Below are positions 56,170 through 64,000 of a stretch of 64,000 nucleotides of DNA, one piece after another; position 1 is the stretch's first letter, and each line of letters begins with the position of its first letter. The position numbers and the translations under genes are program-made. Under the pieces are notes generated by a model, which did not search any database, was not told the origin of the DNA, and saw only the letters and a list, made by a program, of their open reading frames with translations. This stretch comes from Kiritimatiellia bacterium (lineage in GTDB: Bacteria > Verrucomicrobiota > Kiritimatiellia > JAAZAB01): contig JAXGPF010000012.1 in the NCBI GenBank assembly GCA_040767085.1, positions 136,646 through 200,645 on the forward strand, given 5' to 3'.

Positions 56170-59042
56170 ATGACTGCATGCTTGAAATATCCCGAACGCG
56201 CATTCGGCCCGGCGCCCTGGTGGGCGTGGCTGGGCGCCATGACGCCCGCAACCATTGACCGCAACCTGAAACGGTTTATGGCGATGGAAATATATGAAAT
56301 CATCGTCATCCCGCTGTATGGACTCCAGCCGGCATACATGGGGCCGGAATATTTTGAACTCTGGCGGCATGCGTGCCGGCGCTGCGGCCAATGGGGCATC
56401 AAGTTGTGGATTTACGATGAATTCAACTGGCCCAGCGGCACGTGCGCCGGGACGGTGCTCCGCCAATATCCGCGGCTCCGCCAGCATGTCCTGCAAATCG
56501 CGCCCGCGCCGGCCGTCTCGGCCGGCGCGCCCGGCCGACCTGGAAAATCGTCTTGAACGATAAATTCCAACTGGCGGCTTACGGCGCGGAATGGGCCTGC
56601 AACACGACCGGGTACCTGGACACCTTGAATCCGGACGCGGTGCGCGCTTACATTGAAGCGACCCATGAGGTTTACCGCCGTGAAATCGGCGGATATTTCG
56701 GCAAGGTGATTCTCGGCTTTTTTACCGATGAGCCCGTCATGGTTGCCGGCGGCGTCGGCCTGCCTTACACGCCCCGCCTGTTTGCGCTGTTCCGGGAGCG
56801 GTATGGTTATGATTTGCGCCCGCGCATCCCGGCGCTGACAACGCCCGCGCCGGACGCCTTGCGCGTGCGCGGTGATTACTGGAAGCTGGTCGCCGAGTTG
56901 TTTCAAAAAAATTATTTCCGGCAATACGCCGCCTGGTGCGCCGCCCATGGCCTGCAAATGACCGGCCACCTGCTCCATGAAGAAATGCTCTCGGCTTGTT
57001 TGCACCGGAACGGCGACATGTTCGCGATGCTCGCGGAAATGCAGGTGCCGGGGATTGATGTGCTGCGCGCGGTGGCCAGTTTCGACGCCGGCCGATGCAT
57101 TCCGGCGGCGGAAAGCCGCAAGCGGGATATCACGGGGAAATTGATCGAAAGCATCGCTTATTTCAGCGGCAAGGAGCGGACTTTGTGCGAGGCCTTCGGG
57201 TGCATGCCCCATAGCGCCACCCTGGCGGATTACAAGCACGCGGCCGACTTCCTGTTCCATCACGGAATCAGCCTGATTAACGACAACTTGTTCCCCGATT
57301 CGACGGGCGGCTTCCGCAAATTCTGCGGCTGCCATACCTTTCTGACGCCTTGGACGCGGCATTACCGGATCTTTTCCCGGTATGTCCGGACCATGTCCCG
57401 CCTGAATTCCGGCTCGCGCCTGGCGACGTCCGTCGGACTTTACTATCCCGGCGCGGACGCGCGGGCGCGTTACGCGCCGCCGCAATCGCTGGGATTGGGT
57501 CCGAATTTCCAGGATGCGGCCTGGGATGCCACCCAGGCCGCCTTGCACGAACTGGCGCACGGACTGCTGCGGCGGCATTGGGACTATTACCTGGTCTTCG
57601 ACCAGGTATTGCAGGCGGCCAAAACCGTTCCGGGTGGACTGCGGATGCGGGAGTTCGCTTGCCGGACGCTGATCTTCCCGGAGATCCATTATGTTGATGC
57701 GGCGACGGCGGCGGCCTTGCGCCGGTTTGTCCGGGCGGGCGGGCGGATGCTATGCGTCGGGCGTGTGCCCATGGTCCTGGATCAATCCGGCCGGGCGCGG
57801 CCGGGCCGGTGGGGCGCGGCCGCGCGCGTGATTGAAATCCCCGCCCGCGGCGGGGAAATTGCGGCGGAAGCGGCGCGGCATCTGCGGGCGCAGGGCCGGC
57901 CGCCGGTGCAGATCGGCGGCGCCGGGGCGTCCGATGTGATGGCGACCCGGCGCGCAACGCGGGCGGGCGCCGTCCTGCATTTGACTAATTTCGGCGCGGC
58001 GGCGGCGGATTTGACCATCGCCCTGCCGGGCGCCTGGCGCAAGGTTGATCCTGTCACGGCCCAGCCGGGCGATTGGCTGGCCGGCGCCGAGCGGTTGCTG
58101 CCCGGCGAATCGCTCTTGTGCCTGCGCGCGCGGAAGCCGCGCGCACGCGCCGCCGCGCCGGCCGGCCGCCGGCCGGCCGCGCGCCTGGATGACACCTGGT
58201 GTTTGAATTTGCCGGAAGGCAATGTCGTATCGCTGCCGCTGGCGGTTTATGCCGGCCAACCCGCGCCGCGCCCGCCCGCTGCCCGGGCGGCAGGGTGGCG
58301 GGCGCCATGCGCTGAAAGCGCGCCGCTGGAATTGACGCCGGAGCAGTCCTGCTGGCTCCGGCGCGAAATTGAAGTTGCCTGCCGGCCCCGGCGCCTGGAA
58401 ATGATCGTGGATGGCTGCGATGCCTGCGAGGTTTTTATCAACCGCCGCCGGGTGCCCCTGGCGCAAGCGCGCCGGCCGGTCTGGGACGACGGCAATCTGT
58501 GCGGCGACCTCCGCCCATATGTCCGGCGCGGCCGCAACGAAATACTGGTTCGCTACACTCCCGCCCGCATCAGGAAGTTTGTCGCGCGCGTGGTGCCGTT
58601 AAACGATTTGCCGCCTTTTGTGCTGCGCGGCGATTTCCTGGTTGCCAGCCGGGTGGACCGCCCGGAAATCACGCCGGTTCTGGCCGCGCTGCCGGGACGG
58701 GTGCCGACCGGCCCGCTGCAGCCGCGCGGCTATCCCGGTTTCGCCGGCGTGGCGGAATATTCCCAGGCCATCCGCCTGTCCCGGCTCGCCGGACGCGTCA
58801 TGCTGGACCTGGGCCGCCAGAACGACTTGTTTGAAGTGGAGGTCAATGGCCGGCCGGCGGGCGTGTTGTGCTGGCCGCCTTTCCGGGTGGAAATCACCGG
58901 TTTGCTGAAGCCGGGGGCCAACCGCTTTGTGTTCCGCCTGCGAACGTCCTTGGGCGGGGTAGTGAAAAGGTTTTATGCCGGGACGGAACCCATGCCTCCG
59001 CCGGTCGGACTTTTGGAAACACCGGTCTTGTATGTATATTAA
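56170..59042 (+). pseudogene. GH106-like glycoside hydrolase split by one frameshift near 56500-56550 (or a sequencing error)
   Basis: ORF1 has PWWAW and WIYDEFNWPSG; ORF2, in the -1 frame, continues YLDTLNPDAV...FFTDEP, TGHLLHEE, PGID, CEAFG. Span 2873 nt, one short of a multiple of 3. Confidence 0.8.
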
Positions 59043-60153
59043 GGATAAATTACAGTCGCGGGCATGGCTGGCCGGCGCACTGAACGCCTTGGATTTTGGC
59101 GACGATGCGCCGGATATCATGGCGGCGTTGAATCGGCAGGGCCTGCTGCATCCGGCCAATATCGCCGCCCTGGAATTATGCGTGGAAAAGTGGCGCACCG
59201 GCCAGAAGTTGGCGGCCGGCGATCTGAGCGGCGTCACCGTTGACCGGTTTTTGTTCCTGAAGGCGATGTGCGCGCTGTTTGTGCCTCTGATCAGGACGCA
59301 ACATGCCGCATTGGGGCTGCCCCGGGAAATTACCGATGAAACCTGCCGGGGGATCGGCGCCGGCGTCTTTGCCGCGCTCCGGGAGTATCCCGACGAACTC
59401 GTGCACAAGCTGGGGTGGGCCGGCCTGTATTGCCGGGAGATCATGTTCAAGGCCGGCATATTTGTTTACCGGCTGGCGCCGATTTCCGCGAAACTGCCCG
59501 TCTGGGCCTTCCGCGAACGCGCTTCCGGCAGGGTGGCGGCGCTGGCATCCGACGGCCTGGCAGTGGATGACCGGGGATTGATTTGTCAGGATGGGCAGCC
59601 GGCGGCGTTGGTCACCAGCCTGCGGCGGACGCCGGCGGCTTTCACCGGCAACCTGGTCGCACCCGCCGGGCGGATTACAGACCGGCGGGTCACGCTGCCA
59701 TTGCCGGCCTGGGAAAAGATTCTAGCGCCCGGCGACTTCACGGCGGAGATACACATTCCGCCGGGACGCAGTATGGTTGCCACTGATTGCGGCAAGTCCC
59801 TGCGGCAGGCGGCGCAGGTATTTGGAAAAAACCTGGCGCAGCATGGCGTGCGCTGTTTTACCTGCATGTCCTGGGTCTTGAGCCCGGATTGGCCGGAATT
59901 GCTGCCGGACTCCAACATGGCCAAATTCATGCGCGAAGTCTATTTGTTCCCCATCAAGGCGGGACCGACCGCCGGCATTAACTTCGTCTTTCGCCGCTCG
60001 GCGGAGGAACTTGATTTGCGGACGGCGCCGCGCCGTTCGCGGTTGCAGCGCATCATGCTGGACAAACTCGCTCAAAAAGAGCCATTGCACGCCGGCGGCA
60101 TGTTTATGTTATTGGAGGATGCCGGCAAATATGGCACTCAACCTTATCGATGA
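59032..60153 (+). CDS. Acyltransferase-domain protein (GNAT-like C-terminal type), 373 aa
   Basis: EIHIPPG, FTCMSWVLSP, LPDSNMAKF, FVF, SRLQR. Confidence 0.65.
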   Translation: MYIKDKLQSRAWLAGALNALDFGDDAPDIMAALNRQGLLHPANIAALELCVEKWRTGQKLAAGDLSGVTVDRFLFLKAMCALFVPLIRTQHAALGLPREITDETCRGIGAGVFAALREYPDELVHKLGWAGLYCREIMFKAGIFVYRLAPISAKLPVWAFRERASGRVAALASDGLAVDDRGLICQDGQPAALVTSLRRTPAAFTGNLVAPAGRITDRRVTLPLPAWEKILAPGDFTAEIHIPPGRSMVATDCGKSLRQAAQVFGKNLAQHGVRCFTCMSWVLSPDWPELLPDSNMAKFMREVYLFPIKAGPTAGINFVFRRSAEELDLRTAPRRSRLQRIMLDKLAQKEPLHAGGMFMLLEDAGKYGTQPYR

Positions 60154-60347
60154 AAATCATTGGACCTGAATTTTGCGCCGCGCAAGTTTAGCGCGGGGCA
60201 AGGCGGCCAGGGAGCGGGTTGCTGGCAGGGAAAAATTCCGGGCTTGCCGAAATGGATATGCCGGCTGTTTCGAAGCTTGCCAACCTCGACCGTAAACCAT
60301 AACATCAAACACTGCAACAAAACGCGCATTATTGAAGAGGTTGTATT

Positions 60348-62033
60348 ATGGCGGATGGATTCGCAAAACAACGCTGGTGTCTGGAATTGAAATTGCTCGC
60401 GTTGCTGCCCCTGTTCGCGGCAAATATTTTGCCTGGGATAACCCCGGCCGCCATGTGCGCTATCACGCCGACGATCGAAAATCCATATGAAAATGTGGAT
60501 TGGGGCACGGCCGATTACGTGCATTCAATGTCGCACCAGCATGGTTATGGCATCACGACCTTGCGGGAGTTATGGGAGATGGGCTATCGCCACGTAGCCT
60601 GGGCAAATTATTACCCGTCGGGCCCAAGGGATTTTCCGTTGCCGGACGAGTTTTTGCGGGAGCATCCGGACGCCCTGGCGGCGCCCAACGCCGAGCAACA
60701 CAGCTGTAAGGATGACGGCTTGCATTTCAATGCCCTGGGCAGCTTCTATGCGACGGGCCATGGTGATTTTCCCCGGAAATTAGCGCGCGCTGTTTCCCCG
60801 CTCGAATATGAATTCCGCGGCTTGAACGGCTATGATTCCGCGGCGCCCTGGCGCAGTGTTTACTGGTTGAAAGTGGCGCTGGTGAAAAACAAGGACCATG
60901 CCGGAGAAAATGCGCCCCCGCCCTTATTGACGGTGGATGGCGCGGCGGAGATAAACAAGGACACCCTCGAACCTTTGGCGGCGGGCGATATCCGTGACCG
61001 GCCCTTGACTGCCGCGGGCGTTTTCGCGCGCGGCACGGCGCTGTATTTGCGCGCGGCATCCGAGTGTTTACGGGTCCGGATTGAATTCGATCCGGCCGCG
61101 ATGCAGGTTGGCGCGCTGGGTTTGTCCCAAGGCGTCCACCGGCCGTGGCGCGACGCCTTCCGGGCGGCCCTTGACGGGACCGGGGTGGATAAGCACGGGA
61201 AGCGGGTCGAGGGCTTGCTGTATCCTGACGGGGGCGGCATTACCATCAACCATCCCGCGTCGAAATCAATTGACGGCTACCTGGAAATGCTCGATTACGA
61301 TCCCCGCGTGCTGGGCATCGAGATTTGGAACGAACGGGGCAAGTTCGGCTTCGGTCCGTTGCGGGACGGGGAAACAATGCTGTATTACCGGCATTGGAAT
61401 GAAATCCTGGCCACGGGCCGGCGCTGTTTCGGCTTTTTTGTCAAGGATCACGGGAAGCCGCGCGGCCGCAACGTGCTGGTGCTGCCCGGCAAGGCCGGGC
61501 GTTCGCGCGAGGAGCGCGAACATGACGCGCTGCGCGCCTACCGCAAGGGCTGCTTTTTCGGATCGCTCGGCGCGATAGCCGTGGGCCAGGATGCCATGCC
61601 GTGCATGCCTTATGATTACAGCGAGTTTCGGTTTTCCCGCATTGCGGTGCGGCGTGATGATGCCGGGAAACCGCTTGGTGTTGAGGCGGCGGTGGAGGGA
61701 GCGGATAAAACAAAGCGGCCGCATACCCAGATCCGCTTTATCACCGATGCTGGCGTTGCGCTGGTTGCCGATGATCAGGCGGCATATTTTGCATTTCCGT
61801 GCGACGCCGCCGGCGCCATTGCTTGCCGCTTTGTCCGGGTGGAGGCCTTTGCCTATCCCGCGCAGGACAATGCAGGGGCGGCGCTGACCGCGGAAGCGGT
61901 GGCGGCGATGAACGTCTACGAAATTTCACGCATGCACGATCGTCGGGGCGACGGGCCTGTCCCGGGTGTGCCGATTGCCGACATGATCTTTGCGCAGCCG
62001 ATAATGATTAATTATCAAAGGAGCACTCCATGA
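60348..62033 (+). CDS. Secreted PHP-like metallo-hydrolase, 561 aa
   Basis: IENPY, HSMSHQH, PNAEQH, HFNALGS, ITINHP, GIEIWN, KDH, FVRVE. Confidence 0.55.
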   Translation: MADGFAKQRWCLELKLLALLPLFAANILPGITPAAMCAITPTIENPYENVDWGTADYVHSMSHQHGYGITTLRELWEMGYRHVAWANYYPSGPRDFPLPDEFLREHPDALAAPNAEQHSCKDDGLHFNALGSFYATGHGDFPRKLARAVSPLEYEFRGLNGYDSAAPWRSVYWLKVALVKNKDHAGENAPPPLLTVDGAAEINKDTLEPLAAGDIRDRPLTAAGVFARGTALYLRAASECLRVRIEFDPAAMQVGALGLSQGVHRPWRDAFRAALDGTGVDKHGKRVEGLLYPDGGGITINHPASKSIDGYLEMLDYDPRVLGIEIWNERGKFGFGPLRDGETMLYYRHWNEILATGRRCFGFFVKDHGKPRGRNVLVLPGKAGRSREEREHDALRAYRKGCFFGSLGAIAVGQDAMPCMPYDYSEFRFSRIAVRRDDAGKPLGVEAAVEGADKTKRPHTQIRFITDAGVALVADDQAAYFAFPCDAAGAIACRFVRVEAFAYPAQDNAGAALTAEAVAAMNVYEISRMHDRRGDGPVPGVPIADMIFAQPIMINYQRSTP

Positions 62034-63457
62034 AATTCCGAAGAGCGGGCCTGGTTGTTTCTCTGGCGATGCTGGCGGCGGCGGTTTGCCCGGGGGCAAC
62101 ATGGTTTGTCGCCACCAATGGCACGGATGGCGCGACGCCGCCGTGGGGCTCAAGCTGGGATTATCCGTTTGCCACCATCAGCAATGCCGTGGTCCAGGCC
62201 AATCCCCATGCCGGCAGTCTCGTGCTGATCTCCAACGGCATTTTTAATGTCACCAATCAAATCACGGTCAGCAATGGCGTGATCTGCCGGGGATTCACCG
62301 ATAATCCCAACGAGGTGATCGTTGACGGCGGTGGAACGACACGCTGTTTTTACCTGTTGGGTGGTGTGCTGTCGGCGGTGACTGTAACCAATGGCTATGC
62401 GCCTTCGGCCAGTTTAAGCGGGGATGGCGGGGGCATATATTGCAGTGCCGCGGGGGTTGTGTCGAATTGCGTTGTCACCGGTAATGCTGCGGCGCACTAT
62501 GGCGGCGGCCTGCGCGTGGATGGCGGCGGCGCCGTGGCGGATTGCATGCTTCTCAATAACGCGGCGGTTCGCGGCGGGGGCGCATATGTCAATAATGCCC
62601 AATTGTTTTCCAGCATTATCCGTGGCAACTGCGCGTCAGGCGGCGGCGGGCTTTATCTGGTCGGCGCGCCAAAAATCGCCGGTTGTCTGATTGTCCAGAA
62701 TACCGCGAGTAATAATGTTGGGGGCGGGATATATGATGACCAAGCGTCATCCATGATTATTAATTGCCAGATAATCAGCAACACGGTGGCAACACCGGTT
62801 GCTGTGGCAGGGAGCGGCGCCGGGAGTCATTTGAGCGTATCCTATGCCACCTATTCGAATTGCGTGTTTGCCTTTAACACCTTCACCGGCGGCAACCTGT
62901 CCGGCGGTGGCATTTATACCGGCTCGGGCGGTTCGCCCCGGTTTTTTAACTGCCTGGTTTACAGCAATCTGGCATACGCGGGTGGCGGATTCTACAATCA
63001 TTCCAGTTCTTCAACCTGGTTTAACTGCACGTTTACCCGCAACCGTGCCACCATTGACAGCACAGCTTCCGGCGGCGGCATGTATTTTGCAAACCGTGCA
63101 AACGTCAAAGGGTCGGTGGTCAATTGCATCATGTATGACAACATGTCTTTGCAGGCCGGTTCCAATTATTATATCGGCGCCAGCGCGACGCCGACTTTTT
63201 CCAATTGTTGCGCCATGCCGGTTTTGGCGGGCGGCCTTAACGGCAACATTGCGGCGGATCCGCTCTTCCAGTCTCCCGATGAATACAACTTCCGGCCGGC
63301 AGTCAGCTCGCTGTGTGTTAACGCGGGATGGCTTGAAGATTTCATGCTGGATGCATCGGACTTGGACGGCAAATCGCGGGTTGACCCCTATAATCGCCTG
63401 GTGGATATGGGGTGTTATGAATATCTGTCCCATGGAACGCTGTTTGGTGTGCATTGA
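62030..63457 (+). CDS. Secreted beta-helix / choice-of-anchor-Q-like protein (copy 5), 475 aa
   Basis: N-terminus nearly identical to copy 4 (VATNGTDGATPPWGxSWDYP); CVNAG...DLDGKSR...VDMGCYE. Confidence 0.85.
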   Translation: MKFRRAGLVVSLAMLAAAVCPGATWFVATNGTDGATPPWGSSWDYPFATISNAVVQANPHAGSLVLISNGIFNVTNQITVSNGVICRGFTDNPNEVIVDGGGTTRCFYLLGGVLSAVTVTNGYAPSASLSGDGGGIYCSAAGVVSNCVVTGNAAAHYGGGLRVDGGGAVADCMLLNNAAVRGGGAYVNNAQLFSSIIRGNCASGGGGLYLVGAPKIAGCLIVQNTASNNVGGGIYDDQASSMIINCQIISNTVATPVAVAGSGAGSHLSVSYATYSNCVFAFNTFTGGNLSGGGIYTGSGGSPRFFNCLVYSNLAYAGGGFYNHSSSSTWFNCTFTRNRATIDSTASGGGMYFANRANVKGSVVNCIMYDNMSLQAGSNYYIGASATPTFSNCCAMPVLAGGLNGNIAADPLFQSPDEYNFRPAVSSLCVNAGWLEDFMLDASDLDGKSRVDPYNRLVDMGCYEYLSHGTLFGVH

Positions 63458-63525
63458 TAAAAAGAATCATCAGTTTGGAATTTGCCGGAGGCGGCTGGAA
63501 GCAGACAGTCATCACAGGAGCATGT

Positions 63526-64000
63526 ATGAATTGGCGCAAACTTAAGGTCGTGGTCTTCGAAAGCGACGACTGGGGCGGATTGGAACGCGGAATTCCGGAT
63601 ATGCGGACGCAGAAACTGCTGAACAAAAACAAGGACATCGTCCAGGCGCTCAAAGTCAGGCTGAATGATCATCGCCGGTATTTCACCATCATGGACACGC
63701 TGGAGAGCACGGCGGACCTGGACGCCTTGTTCCAGATGCTGCTGCATTTCCGCGGCGGCGACGGTCGCCCCGCGGTGTTCACTCCGGTATATCTGCTGGC
63801 CAGCCCGGATTACCGGGCCATCCGGGCCAATGGATTCACAAAATATGTGGACATTGGCATTGACCGGCCGTATCCGGCGCTGTTCCGGCGTTGCGGTGAT
63901 ATCACCGCCAAGGCGCGCGAAGGTCTGCGGCTGGGGGTGTGGATTCCCGAATCGCACAACACCCGCATGGCGGCCCATATCGATCCGCACAAGTGGGTGC
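63526..64000 (+). CDS. Putative polysaccharide deacetylase-like protein; 3' end lies outside the window
   Basis: Absent from the ORF track. RBS aggag; MNWRKLKVVVFESDDWG...DTLES...DGRPAVFT...ASPDY...WIPESH, open to the window end. Confidence 0.6.
   Translation, partial: MNWRKLKVVVFESDDWGGLERGIPDMRTQKLLNKNKDIVQALKVRLNDHRRYFTIMDTLESTADLDALFQMLLHFRGGDGRPAVFTPVYLLASPDYRAIRANGFTKYVDIGIDRPYPALFRRCGDITAKAREGLRLGVWIPESHNTRMAAHIDPHKWV

Noticed and set aside
56530-56556. Programmed -1 ribosomal frameshift
   Set aside because: No X XXY YYZ heptamer with a downstream stimulatory structure.
63415-63992. Minus-strand ORFs at the window end
   Set aside because: Antisense to the RBS-preceded + strand gene starting at 63526.

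Overview
A GC-rich, gene-dense bacterial region. Gene content resembles PVC-superphylum polysaccharide degraders such as Kiritimatiellia/Lentisphaeria (inference only). Almost the whole window is a carbohydrate-utilisation island of several + strand operons under AraC-, GntR/LacI- and ROK-type regulators. It encodes two GH84-like proteins, two FG-GAP proteins, two DUF4832-type proteins, five secreted beta-helix (choice-of-anchor-Q-like) proteins sharing a C-terminal G-x-h-h-x-h-[R/K/H] tail, GH2, a creatininase-GH78 fusion, a frameshifted GH106-like gene, GHL10/GH42-like proteins, two ~1550-aa tandem paralogs with mosaic identity, deacylase-type enzymes, an L-arabinose-isomerase-like gene and two UroD-family proteins. 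I saw no rRNA, tRNA, CRISPR array, transposase or SusC/D/ABC transporter. Main non-coding signals: (i) a 122-bp duplicated promoter carrying a dead 5' stub of the araC-family gene in front of a second paralogous module; (ii) 21-28-nt 'CTTG/TTTA + hairpin' mini-elements nested inside a REP doublet and in frame inside a coding sequence; (iii) a shared TGGT-N11-ACCA operator; (iv) a dispersed ~63-bp repeat with a compensatory base pair. All family calls come from motif recognition by eye; no database searches were run.
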